Below are positions 22,610 through 34,212 of a stretch of DNA of 35,919 bases, piece after piece. A program made the position numbers and the translations under genes. The notes beneath the pieces were generated by a model that did not search any database, had not been told where the DNA came from, and was given only the letters and a program-made list of their open reading frames with translations. The stretch lies in assembly GCA_030770535.1 (NCBI GenBank), contig JASVEC010000001.1:2480001-2515919 (forward strand). Reading direction: 5' to 3'. Origin of the DNA: Batkoa obscura. Its lineage: Eukaryota. Within the stretch, counting starts at the first letter, position 1; each line of letters starts with the position of its first letter.

Positions 22610-25073
22610 GGGGCTGTCCTAATTGGTTTCAGAATCTACTTAGAAATTAATCCAAATTTAAAATTCCAAGTTTGTGTTCAATATAACGGTTAAATCTAAA
22701 AAGCCTAAAATTAAATGTCTCTATTTAAAACTTATTTTAATTGTTTCCTTTTCTTAAATAGCTAATTTTCCTAACTATATATTTTATGTTAGTTCTGTTA
22801 GATATTTAACAGATATATAATATATAACTATATGATTATATAATTATATAAATACATAATTATATAAACACAGTTATTTGACTTTATTTGACTTTATTTT
22901 TTGTTGAAATAAAAATAAAATGCAAACTTTCATAACTAAACTTCGAAATGGAATTTTTGAAAACTTCAATACAATAGGGAGGAGTACACAATATAAACAT
23001 TGTAATTCATTTACATCAATTTTAAGAGCTACTTATAACAACCCAAGGTTCATGGAATTTTATAATAAAACAAAACAAAGAAAAGATATATTATCAAAGT
23101 TTACTATCGATAATAATAAACTTAATCAAGTAATGTATAAAATTAGTGCTTTAAGGGAAACAGGAAACAAAAGTCAGCAAGTAGCGTTATTATCAACTAT
23201 AGCTTCAGTATATTCTTTTGATGAATGTAAGAGTTTTGGGTTTAATATAAATAGAAATCAATATGATTATTCAAAAACAAGTAATAATAATAAAATATCA
23301 ACATTAAAACCTATTATTAAAAATACAAAAAAAATTAAAGATGACCAAATTGAAACTATCATACAATATTTACTAAATGATTCAACTATTTCATCAAGAT
23401 TTAATAAAAAAAATAACGATAGTAAATATTCATCAGATAATATATATATATTAAATAAAAGTAGAAGAATGATATATAGTAAATATTTGAATGATCTAAG
23501 AGATAAAGCAGTAGCCAGGTCAACGTTCTTTAAATATATACCAAGTAATTTCAAAAATCCAGCAAGAAAAACGGATCTATGTAATATATGTACCCAGTAT
23601 ACAGTTAGAAAAAAGTTATTTGAAAATAAAATAAATACAGCAAAAAACAAAGCAGAGATAGAAGAAATTTTCAACGAAGAAGAAAAATTATACAAATTAC
23701 ATAAATTCTGTGTTGATACTCAAAAAAACACATTTAATGAAACTATCAAAAAATTAAATAACAAAAGTTGTATAATAGTTTTAGATTTTAAACAAAATAT
23801 GGAAATAGGGACAAGACCAGATTCAATAAATCTAGATCATTATAATAAACAAGCTATATCAGTATTAGGCTTTGGTGTATTATATTTAAAAGATGATAAA
23901 ACAATAGGCAAAGTTTACTTTGATTATTTATCTGAAATATTGAATCATGATTCAGCATATGCAGGAGATTGTTTAATCGATTTAATCTCTACAGAGCTTC
24001 TATTTAAAAAGTTTACAAAAATTAATATATGGGCAGATACAGGAAATCATTTTAGATCCCAAGAGTTTCTACACTATATGTTTGAAGAAATTCATAAAAT
24101 AAATAGTAGTTTGAATGTTAATCTTAATTTTTTTGCTGAGCATCATGGAAAAAGTATAGTTGATGGGCATTTTGGAAACCTTTCAAAATGGAAAAGTAGT
24201 TTTGAAGCGTTAGGTAAAATAGAAGATATCGATCAATTAATTTCAAGATTTGAGGCTTTTATTTGTGAGCATAATAAAATTAATAACTCAACTGTTAATA
24301 ATGGGAAAACAGATATAATTTTTAAAAAGTATAAAAGAAACAAAAATACAAAAAGAATAATAGAGATGCAGGGCATTAAGAAGTATTTACATTTTATTAA
24401 ACATAACAATAAACTACATTGTTATCCAGTATCTGATACATCAAAAAAAAGCGATATAGTCCCAATTAAAGTTATAGAGTCTATAGAAAACAGAAAAATT
24501 AAAAGATCGATCCCAGCTTACCTTACGAAGATAACAGAGAATTTAAAAATTTCGATATTTACTAAGCAAGTAAGTAGTTTGTTGAATGATAGAAATAGAT
24601 TGTTAAATGTTAGGATTACTTAAGTTATTAATAGCTAAGTTAATAAATAGTCAAAGAACAAGTAACTGTAATAATATGTAAAAACTATTATTACTTGTAC
24701 TATATAGGGATGGTCAATTATAGTTTTGGGGCTGACCACTCCCTCCCATGCAGCTATTTATTAACTTGGCAACATATTAATAATGTAATTATAACATTAA
24801 AGTAGTTTATTTATTTGATAATAAATCTACGATGTTGGTTATAAAGCAGTTGATAATAAATATTTCTCAATTAAGCTTTATAAGAACATGTATTTAAGAT
24901 CTAGTAGAAATTCAACTAACTTACAGTATGAGCTATAATATAATGGTTTAGAACTGTGTTTGGGTACTTTTGTTTTAATAAAAGATGTGATTTTATAGAA
25001 TTTTAAGCGAAGTTTTTAAAATACAAATTTTTTTAAAATTGGATAAAATAATGAAACTAATTCAGACAACCCC
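22610..25073 (+). mobile_element. Full-length TIR DNA transposon, Sola superfamily-like (closest to Sola2 motifs)
   Basis: Left end GGGGCTGTCCTAATTGGTTTCA versus reverse complement of right end GGGGTTGTCTGAATTAGTTTCA (18/22). Exact 4-bp duplication ATAC at 22606-22609 and 25074-25077. Encloses one intact transposase ORF. Confidence 0.85.
22920..24623 (+). CDS. DDD transposase, Sola-like (567 aa, intronless)
   Basis: RNase H-fold-style acidic triad: IIVLD289FKQN, INIWAD373TGNHFRS, NFFAEHHGKSIVD415GHFG. Upstream Cys/His motif TDLCNIC...LHKFC. Lies between the TIRs. Confidence 0.82.
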   Translation: MQTFITKLRNGIFENFNTIGRSTQYKHCNSFTSILRATYNNPRFMEFYNKTKQRKDILSKFTIDNNKLNQVMYKISALRETGNKSQQVALLSTIASVYSFDECKSFGFNINRNQYDYSKTSNNNKISTLKPIIKNTKKIKDDQIETIIQYLLNDSTISSRFNKKNNDSKYSSDNIYILNKSRRMIYSKYLNDLRDKAVARSTFFKYIPSNFKNPARKTDLCNICTQYTVRKKLFENKINTAKNKAEIEEIFNEEEKLYKLHKFCVDTQKNTFNETIKKLNNKSCIIVLDFKQNMEIGTRPDSINLDHYNKQAISVLGFGVLYLKDDKTIGKVYFDYLSEILNHDSAYAGDCLIDLISTELLFKKFTKINIWADTGNHFRSQEFLHYMFEEIHKINSSLNVNLNFFAEHHGKSIVDGHFGNLSKWKSSFEALGKIEDIDQLISRFEAFICEHNKINNSTVNNGKTDIIFKKYKRNKNTKRIIEMQGIKKYLHFIKHNNKLHCYPVSDTSKKSDIVPIKVIESIENRKIKRSIPAYLTKITENLKISIFTKQVSSLLNDRNRLLNVRIT

Positions 25074-25600
25074 ATACAATTAAATTATAGAATAATAGTA
25101 CAATATAATGGTTTGTAATAGTGTGTAGCTAGATTTATGAGTCAATTTCATTAAGAATAAATAATCAAACAATTTTTATTTAAATAATATTTATAGAAAA
25201 AGCTCTATCTTCTAATATCATACTCTTATGTTGGGAAATGGTCTTAATACATTTAACTTACTTAAAAGTAGTCTTAAATAAAGTTTTTAACCCAAAATAT
25301 TGCTTTTAATAATATGAATTTAATTTGCATTGATGTCTTAATATTTAACTAGATTAGTATGTTGTATTTTGATCATATAGGTAATTTATATTTATAAAAT
25401 ACTATAATTATGTAATATACAATTTAAAAGTGCTTTGGCGTATTAACACTTGTATTTTAAGTTAGCACAATATGGAACTTTTATTTGAAATAAAATTAAA
25501 TAATGTGAACGAACTTATTAACTAATATTATAGAAAATGGATGGTAGGAGATTAAGAATATAACAACTTTATGGGAGTAAATTAAGGTAAACTTTAAAAT

Positions 25601-26641
25601 CTAATAACTTGGTGGTTGAACAGTTCGCGATGAAGGATATCCTAAAGTTCTTGAAGAACTGCCTTCTTCATATGTAATTATTGAGCTATATGACATTTCT
25701 TGTTGGGTTTGCCCAGAAGAAACAGGCTGTGGTACTTGCTCAGAATCTTTAGCTAATTCATAGCTTGGAGGAGGAGATACTAAATCATTGGTATCAAATG
25801 CATTGCTTGGGCCAATACCCCAAGCGTTTCGATTGGCTTCTTTGAAAATAAATTTGTGTTGACCAAAATTAGCTTTAACTATACAAGTACCGGTTGAACC
25901 TATAACCGGATAAAGATCAAAACAATTTTCATCTAGTAAAGAAGCAGTGAACTTAATTGACATTTCCCTTTCTCCATTTTTAGTAAATATTAGTGTTTGA
26001 TTCCTAGGAAAATAACCACATCCAATAATATCCCCCTGTCTATATTTAAGATCTGGATTGTAATGATCAAGTGAACCATTTACATAAAGTTGTCCATCTA
26101 AAGAGCAATATCCCACTGAATTTAAGCCATAGCCTAAAACAATTTGTTATAATCTTTTAAATAAGTAAATAAATAAGTAAAACTAACCTGGCATTACAGA
26201 ATTAGAAAGCCTTGTTGAACCAAATCCACAACATAAGTTGACATTATTTTCAAGAGCAAAAATCTCAACTTCAAAATAAAAAGAAATAAGGCTCGAAGGT
26301 AATGGCTCTGATGTTTTTACTGAGCAGTTTACAAATCCAGGGAATGCAAGCTCAACAGATTTACGAACAACGATTAACGCATCAGAATCTGCAACAAATT
26401 TACAATATGGTTCAAGTCGGATCCTGTTTCTTCTCCTTTCTCTCCTTGTCCTATTGGTCTCAGATAAAACAATTTCTTGCGCAGCCCTTCCTTTCGAAGC
26501 TTTGTTGCGGTAATAAGTTACAATAAAGAAGGTGGCAATTAAAATAAGTATAACCGTAAAAGTAAGACTTATTCCGATTATGACTGCTTTAGCTACAAAT
26601 TGGTTGTCTGTGCTATTGTCTGTGTTTGATGAAGTACTCAT
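25601..26641 (-). CDS. Ssh4/Ear1-like single-pass SPRY-domain protein, Rsp5 adaptor type (2 exons: 26641-26188, 26133-25601)
   Basis: N-terminal TM helix, then SVKTSEPLP...FYFEVEI...MPG-YGLNSVGY..DG...YRQGDIIGCGY.P....IFTKNG...LYPVIGSTG.CIVKANFGQHKFIFKEAN...WG (SPRY). Two PPSY motifs. 54-nt intron 26187-26134. Confidence 0.87.
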
Positions 26642-28893
26642 TTCAACTTTATTTAGCACTAACAGAAGCAAAAGGTATCTAAAAAGTAAGCTTTAAATTT
26701 TGGATTAACAATATGTGTAATGTGATAAACGTACGTATAGATGAAGAATTACTTTGAATGAGTTTATTATCTTAAAAAAAATATGTGAAGCTATCTAATA
26801 ATAAATTATATTGTATTAAAACATACATAGAAGCAAAAAATTCAGAATAATTGATAATTTAATGCGACATACTACTTCTAACTTAGAACATTAATTGGCT
26901 TAAGATAATTCCATATGACCAGATTAATATAATATAAAGGAATAAGATTACTGCCACATTTCAAACTAGCAAATCAAAATAATATTTAATATTCAAAGCC
27001 AATTAAATTCACTCATCGAAAAGAGAGTAAAAAGTATAACCAATTAGTGTAACTTATTCGAAGTTGTTATTTTTTTATTTAAAAAAAAGAGGGTCGAAAT
27101 ATAAAGCCTTGTTTTTAAGTAATTTCAAGCTTATATTATGTTTGACCATTGTTACTGTAATATTCTGTCTTCTAAAAGCATTTAAGGATTATACAGGTCT
27201 TATAAAAATCTTACATAGTTGTCTTTTTATTTCTATATAAAAGAGAATAGAATGTAACATTAATATCACAAGCTAAGTTAAGTTATTGAATCTTGCATTG
27301 TTCTGCTTTATCACTAATTGAACTATTTTTAGAACTATTTTTGGAACAATCTTTCAATTTTTAGAAATTAAGAGAAAACTAAAAATGTTTTTAAATTTAT
27401 TGAATTTTATAAATTTGATAGCAATAGTAAAATATACAATAAGAAGGTAATTAGATACTTTTTAAAAAACTTAAATATTATATTAGATATATAATTGTCC
27501 ATTATAAAATTATAGTACATTCATTATAATAATAGTAAACTAAAAATTGACTAATGAAGATATTATATTGTATTAAATGTGTTTCATAATGATTAAACAA
27601 CCACTGCATTTAATTTATAGGAAATTCTAAGTTATCGTATTTAAAAATAAATTATCAAGAATATATTCATTGTGTTTTAATAAACATAGACAAATATTCG
27701 TTTAGACTCGGAAATGAAAGTTCTTATTCAAATATCTGAGAATTTAAGCTGAAAGTAGGAATCGACTTTTTTTATACTATTAAAAAACACTTTATATATG
27801 CGTCAATAAACATTTGATTATTAAAAGAGGTTTTTTATTTTAAGGTTTTTATAACTTAATAAGTGTAAAAAAGAATTTTTAAAAGTACAACTTTTGTTTT
27901 ATTTAAAACCAAAGCATTGTTCATTATATACATATTATTCTATATAATGATATAAAATAACAAATGCAGATGTTTTTTGTTTAACATTATCATTAATAAT
28001 ATTTTTTATTTTCATGTTGTATGAGAAGTGAACAAAATATTGAAAAGGAAAAAACATTAAATATATAATTTTTTGTTTTAAAAAAATATATTTAGTTGAA
28101 TGTTTATTTAAAACCTTTACAACTTAAGCTGAAGTAAATCTATAGCAATTATCCTAACTAATTATTGTATATCGACTAAAAGATTTTATCATATAATTAC
28201 TTTAAGGCTTATCCAAATATAGTGATTTTATAATACTCATGGTTTTTTACAATAAAATTTTATAGTTTTTAAATAGTAATTTTATATTGAATTGTATTTA
28301 AAAAGTGGATGCTTTAATTAAGTGATGCTCAAAGGTTATCTCCTTAACTTGATAATCCATATACAAATAATATATACTATAATAATGAATATCGGAGATT
28401 TGCAATGTGTATAATTACAAATTAAAATATTATTCAAAAAAAGATAATAATTATACTTAATTAATACTTTTAAGATATTGTTCAATTTTAGAAGAGCTTT
28501 TTTATAAATTATCTTTTTAAAAATAACTAAAAATAAAATACTGTTTTAAAAATAAGTTAAATTTGTTTCAGTTTTCAACTGAAAGTCTCATAATGAATGC
28601 CCTAACCTGGAAACTTTGCTTTACTACTATATCATATGAAGTTTATAACAATATTTGTTTTTTGAACGTTCTCCAACAAAAAAAATATTTAAAGCTAACA
28701 ATAAAAATACTTAATTAAAGTTCCCATATGATTAACATAAAATCTTAACGGAAATTTGAGGAGTAATATTGATGTATAACCAAACATGAAATTTTAAATT
28801 GCTCTAACAGAAATATTAAAAAGTATAAATGGCTCATCTATCCTAGCTTATCAGTTTATTAATATCCCGAATTTAATATATATACACTTTAAA

Positions 28894-29199
28894 ATGAAAT
28901 TTACTTATGCTTTATTGAGTCTTGCCTTAGCTGTATCTGCCCAAGATGTTGGATCAAGTGTATCATCTATTGCTTCTGACGCATCTTCCGGAGTTTCTTC
29001 TGTTGTAAGTGCATCTAAGAGCGCTGCTGTTTCTTCAGCATCTTCAGCCTTAAGTGAAGCGAAAAAAATGGATCCCGCTTCCTCTGGTTCTAGTGCTTCC
29101 GCTTCAGTTGCTAAAGCCGGTGGAGTTTCAGATGCTAAGACCGCTCTCCCTGCAGCTTTTGCTTTAGTAGCAATTGCTGGAGCTTCTCTCTATAACTAG
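28894..29199 (+). CDS. Small secreted, probably GPI-anchored Ser/Ala-rich protein (101 aa)
   Basis: Signal peptide MKFTYALLSLALAVSA|Q, S/A-rich body, hydrophobic C-tail ALPAAFALVAIAGASLYN; GC-richer than flanks; TATAAA about 70 nt upstream. Confidence 0.82.
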   Translation: MKFTYALLSLALAVSAQDVGSSVSSIASDASSGVSSVVSASKSAAVSSASSALSEAKKMDPASSGSSASASVAKAGGVSDAKTALPAAFALVAIAGASLYN

Positions 29200-29824
29200 A
29201 TACATTTAATAAATAGTTACATAATTAAATTTTATTTTTAAATATTAATTGAAGTTTTACATGTAAAAATAATATCCATAGTATTAAAACTTTTATGGTC
29301 AAATAATAGTCTAGTAAAAGTGATTCTTATTGTTATAACATTTAAAGTATTTATTTTATACAATGATTAACTTTCAACTTTTACTTAAATTTCCTTTTAT
29401 AAACAATAAGGTTGATAAAACTATTATCATTCATAACGATTGATTAAGGGCAAAAGATATTACTCTAAACCTAATACACGCATATATTTTCTCATACTTA
29501 TTTCTTTAACTATTTGTTAACTATAATATACTGTTATTTTTATTACTATTAATGTGACATATGTTTTTTAATTTTTAGATATTTAATACACAATAAAATA
29601 TAATCAAATATATTAAAAAATTCAATGTTATTAAACATAATGGTATTTAAGGGATACTTTTTTTGTTTAAAATAAGTTTATTCTAAAAACAAAAGTAAAC
29701 ATATGTAATAACGATTTTAAATTTGATTGGTTAGATTATTGTGCTACATCATCATTAAAGGTTTTTAAGGGGTAAGTTAGAAAACGGGTTTATTTACTAT
29801 ATAATTAATAAAATAAAGGAAATC

Positions 29825-31222
29825 ATGGTTATTGATATGAGAAACAAAAGATTACAAGCAAGAAAAAGGTATACTATTGAAGAAAAACTTTCTATATTGA
29901 AAGAATACCAGGAGTCTTCTACTTTTTCTAAACAAGAAGTATTAGCAAAGTACAATTTAAGATATGATTTAGTTTACCGATGGAATAAGAACAAGAGCAA
30001 GTTGATCAAATATAATCAAAACAATACTACATGTACAAAATCAGGAAGCCCCATATACCACGAGTTGGATAACAGCTTAATTAATTATTGCATGTCAAAG
30101 CGCTTTAAACTTGAATCAGTTCCTATTTCAGAATTACTCAAATATGCAGAGAAATGTAACAAATATTTTAATGAATTTAACTTGAATCAAAAACGAAATT
30201 ATTTAAACAGATTTTTAAAAAGAACGATGATCAAAGCTATTAACAATAAAGAGGAAAAGGCTCAATCTAAATTTGATTTATTTTTTAAAAACATTATATC
30301 GAAAACAGAAAAAAGTGATATTATTTATATGGAATACCTCCCTATATGGTTTGAACTTCCTCAGTTAACTAAAATGGATGTTATAGATAAAGATTTCAAT
30401 ATTAACATATTAAATGAAATAAAATCTTTTCGTTTTGGCGCTATTTTTTGTATTTCTGGAGACGGTAGTTTACTTCCACCTTATTTAATATTCCCTTTTA
30501 GCAATGAAAAGTATACTAAGTTTAAAGTAGAAGTGGCACATGACTACATCGAACATTCTAATTTAGGACAATGTGGATATCAAGAAAATGCTTTAGTAGA
30601 TCCTCAAAACTTTTATAATTGGATCCAAACTATTTATAGGCCATACGTCTACCCCAAAAAGAAGCCGCAAATGCTTGTTGTTAATGAAGACCTTGAGAAC
30701 GTCTCGACATTTTGTAAAGCTCAGATTGACAAATATCAAACAAAGTTAATAACCTTACCCAGTAAGTTATCTAAGCAATATAATCCAATTCATAAAATAG
30801 CAAAAACATTAAAACAAAATATTACTGAAAAATGGAACAACGCAATAAAAAAGGAAATACAATCAAAGGTTTATTCTTATCTAAAACTGAAAAGTCCAAC
30901 TTTAAATTTAGGGAATGCCTCTCCTCCTTCGTTAAGTGATAACGACAATGATTTTGATAACGACATTATTATCTCTACTTCAGAAATATCTTCATCAGAT
31001 TCCTTGGAAACGGCAGATTTATTACATTCATTTAAAGCAACTTCCAATTTTGGTGAAGAAGATAATACTAAGAAAACTGAAGATGATGATATGCCAGAAG
31101 AATATAATCAAACTATTGATATTCAGCTATCTCCTATTGATAAGATGATTCCCTATTATATTATTTATGATTGGGTTATTACTTCATTTTTATCTTCTGC
31201 TAATTTTGTGTCTAAAAAATAA
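29825..31222 (+). CDS. pogo/Tigger-CENP-B-derived protein with two HTH modules and a degenerate DDE_1 domain (likely domesticated)
   Basis: RKRYTIEEKLSILKEY (HTH), YHELDNSLINY...VPIS (CENP-B-type HTH), FCISGDGSLLPPYLIF and QENALVD..F..W (DDE_1 scaffold). The positions of the catalytic Asp residues read E, N and H. No TIRs found by eye. Confidence 0.78.
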   Translation: MVIDMRNKRLQARKRYTIEEKLSILKEYQESSTFSKQEVLAKYNLRYDLVYRWNKNKSKLIKYNQNNTTCTKSGSPIYHELDNSLINYCMSKRFKLESVPISELLKYAEKCNKYFNEFNLNQKRNYLNRFLKRTMIKAINNKEEKAQSKFDLFFKNIISKTEKSDIIYMEYLPIWFELPQLTKMDVIDKDFNINILNEIKSFRFGAIFCISGDGSLLPPYLIFPFSNEKYTKFKVEVAHDYIEHSNLGQCGYQENALVDPQNFYNWIQTIYRPYVYPKKKPQMLVVNEDLENVSTFCKAQIDKYQTKLITLPSKLSKQYNPIHKIAKTLKQNITEKWNNAIKKEIQSKVYSYLKLKSPTLNLGNASPPSLSDNDNDFDNDIIISTSEISSSDSLETADLLHSFKATSNFGEEDNTKKTEDDDMPEEYNQTIDIQLSPIDKMIPYYIIYDWVITSFLSSANFVSKK

Positions 31223-31683
31223 AAATTAGTTTATTGACTTTTTATTTTTTACATAAAAATAATTTCATTGTTTATTCCCGAACTATGCATTTAATTCCTT
31301 TTGGTTTTATTACATTCGATATAGTTTATGTCAAGTAAAGAAGCATGATAATTTTTTTGTTTAATAATAACTACACAGATCATTTTATTTATTATATTAT
31401 AGTCTACATTCCATTCTTATTAATAGCAAAAATAAAGTTAAATTCAGATTACGGATAGTTCATACAGCTGTCTATATCAAATTCTATTATTACTATTTAA
31501 GTTAATTTCATATTATATTAGATGGTTTGTAAAAGTCGATTGAAACCTATTTAGCCACTTATTTGTTATCGAACTTAAATTCATAAGATTAAAAACATAG
31601 AACAATCAGTATATAAATAAGTATTACTAACTGATATACTTGCTAAAATATAGGAGTTATTTACTTATCTAGTATATTTTATT

Positions 31684-32855
31684 TTAAACAAGAGTATTAA
31701 AGGAATCAGTTATAGCTAATTGTGCTCGAGTAATGTTAGATAAATATACTACCATTAAAAGATCCTAAAATATGATAAGATTAAAGTATTATGACTATTA
31801 AATAATATTAATTACTTGAACATGAGAAGAAAACATTTTATCAAAGTGCTCTATATCGATTTTAGGTACCATAGCAATTGTATCCATCAAATAGCGTCCA
31901 ATGGCTGCATTAGAAGGAGTATTGCCATCCTATTATTAATTTGAAGTGAATATCAATCTAATTCATGATAATATAACTTACAATGACTGATTGTACATAT
32001 GTTATAACTCTTTCAAGCATAGATTGTAATTGTCGAATAGAGCGAATAAGGTTGTCAGTATCCGATAATAATGGGTGCTTCCCATTATCTTTTGCTAACG
32101 AAAGCATGTCAACTAATATAATTAAATAAGTTATCTAATATTGTATTAATTAAATTTAAATTACGTGCTGATCTTTCAGTTTTTTGTAAAAGTATTTCAC
32201 AAGGTAATGGTTGGAAAATACAGCTTTCTACTTTTTCAACTATACCAACTGGCTTGCTAATAAATGTTTTGGTACCTAAGTTATCTCCTTTGAGAGAAGT
32301 ATCCATTACTAAATGTATTGCGCCAAATGGCTCAGCTTCTGAATTATAAAAATCTTGAATAAGAGCAGAGTATGTATTCAAATTAGATCCAGTTGCATAC
32401 CTAAATAAGATTAAAACCTTTTACTATATCACATGTATTTTATATACCATCCAACTATAACTTCATTTTTGTTTACTTTTTGATGAAGTTCATACATTGC
32501 TCTGTGGTGTTCCATATCTACTGCTACCTTTACCTAACTTTAGTTTTACGATTTTAGTTTAATGTTTAATAGTTACTTGTTCTTCAGATTCTGAATGAGG
32601 TACTGGGAAGCATGAACGTACTTCTATAGTAGTAGCATCATCACTTCTAACACCAAGTAAAGTTCCAATAACGTTATCTTGGCCTTCTTGGCGGCGTAAA
32701 TAATTATCAAGGATAGAAAACAATACTACAGGATGTACTTTTACATTTAATGTTGGTGGTAGTGTGATGTTGCTTCTTCCATTAATGTTAGCACTTAATC
32801 CAGAATATAAACCTCCAAGATCCAAATTGAGGATTTGATTTTTATTGAATGACAT
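31684..32855 (-). CDS. eIF3f: Translation initiation factor 3 subunit F (MPN domain); 6 exons: 32855-32577, 32533(or 32527)-32448, 32400-32165, 32112-31982, 31929-31816, 31764-31684
   Basis: VKVHPVVLFSILDNYLRR...VIGTLLGVRSDD...[57 protein letters not shown]...IGRYLMD...FDKMFSSHVQDLLMVVYLSNITRAQL; five GT..AG introns keep the frame. Confidence 0.92.
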
Positions 32856-33391
32856 TTTAATTAAAAGATAATATTAATATTTAAAAATAAGTAAAGTTAA
32901 ATTTTGAAATATTATGGGATCAAGTTACTTGATTTGCTTATCCCTTTAGATGGATTGTTAATTTACTAAAATCCTAAAATATTTTAACTTTTGCATTTAA
33001 ATGAATTTATGCAACTATAAACAGTGAATTTGCTTTTCCATTAAAGAATAAAGGAATTAGGTTGTAGATTGTAATCGTCTTATTTTTGAGTCAAAGAGTA
33101 AACAAATTATTGAAAGCAAAAATAATATTCAAATTACTAAATTTTATATTTAAATATAATAATATTCTTATTTTTATATTAAGCAAATACAAAATCAAAA
33201 ATAATTGATGTTTAAAAAAATTGATAACAAATAATAAACATGAGCTCAAAAACTAAATTTTAGGTCAACCCATGCTAAAATGCTTTTTGGTTTTATTTGC
33301 TTGATATCGATTATAGAAAGCCAAAAAATTAAAGTTTAATAGCTTATTAGATAAATTTATGAAGTATATAAAACGTTTAATAAAATATAAA

Positions 33392-33470
33392 ATAATAATA
33401 AAAATAAAAATAAAAATAAAAATAAAAAAATAAAAATAAAAAAATAAAAATAAAAATAAAAACAAAAACA
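33392..33470 (+). repeat. Imperfect (AAAAAT)n microsatellite
   Basis: AAAAATAAAAATAAAAATAAAAAT... with length variants. Confidence 0.85.
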
Positions 33471-33566
33471 GAAATTTACACATCATTATGGTTTTAAATA
33501 AAATTAGTAATTATATACTTTGAGTTGCATATTTGAAATAAACTGTAATCTATAAATATAACATGT

Positions 33567-33664
33567 GGGGATGTATTTTTGTGTTTAAGAATTTTACTGA
33601 CAATCTTTCCACTCAAATAGTGCTTAAAAAATGGAAAAGTAATGAAATCGAAAAAAACATCCTC
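33567..33664 (-). mobile_element. MITE copy 9
   Basis: GGGGATGTATTTTT...AAAAAAACATCCTC flanked by ATGT on both sides (an informative TSD that is not AT-only). Confidence 0.9.
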
Positions 33665-33875
33665 ATGTAATTATAATGTAAACTATAAAAGACAAAAAAA
33701 TAACTTAGATTATTAATAAATCATTCAAAACAATAAAAACAAGTACAATCAAAATAGATAGAATTAAAAAAAATAAATTAAACAAAGTATGTAAGTTTTG
33801 ATATAAAAATAAAGCATAGGAAGTATTTAGATAACTAAAACATAAATTAATTTACATGTAGCATTACTTTGTTTA

Positions 33876-33954
33876 GAATATTTTTTTGGCTTCATCACTT
33901 TACTTTTTTTTTAAACGCTATTTATGCAGGAATCTATTAGCAGAATTCTCAAAA
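33876..33954 (+). mobile_element. MITE copy 10 (degenerate, termini missing)
   Basis: TTTTTTTGGCTTCATCACTTT...TTAAACGCTATTTATGCAGGAATCTATTAGCAGAATTCTCAAAA resembles the family core. Confidence 0.65.
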
Positions 33955-34113
33955 GTAATTGAGGATGTTTTTTTGTTTAACTCCAACTGCTAAGTACCAG
34001 ATTTCAAACTTATAATGTTTAATAAAAGTATATAAAATTTGGAGTTTTTTCTATAAATCTAATATTTTATTTGTTTTTGGAAATTAATATTAATAAAAAG
34101 AAATTTACTAAAC

Positions 34114-34212
34114 GGGGATATATTTTTGTGTTTAAGAGTTTTGCTAACAAATTTTCCACTTAAATAGCGCTTAAAAAATGGCAAAAATAATGAACTCAAA
34201 AAAGATGCTCTC
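34114..34212 (-). mobile_element. MITE copy 11
   Basis: GGGGATATATTTTTG...AAAAAAGATGCTCTC; flanks AAAC/AAAT (one mismatch); reverse-complement core well conserved. Confidence 0.85.

Noticed and set aside
22920..24623. Transposon ORF plus structured 3' region as a Fanzor/TnpB or IscB RNA-guided nuclease
   Set aside because: No split RuvC motifs or C-terminal CxxC...CxxC zinc ribbon are visible; the motifs fit a DDD transposase.
24603..24801. Three-way junction as a hammerhead ribozyme
   Set aside because: No CUGANGA/GAAA core at the junction on either strand.
4489..31148. Overlapping ORF-track entries (4489, 5044, 10499, 11147, 13574, 14793, 15980, 16285, 16349, 18468, 19029, 19090, 21433, 23267, 26302, 30936)
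   Set aside because: Antisense or alternate-frame shadows of better-supported genes or repeats, with no recognisable motifs.
33265..33486. 73-aa hydrophobic minus ORF
   Set aside because: Product of the (AAAAAT)n microsatellite.
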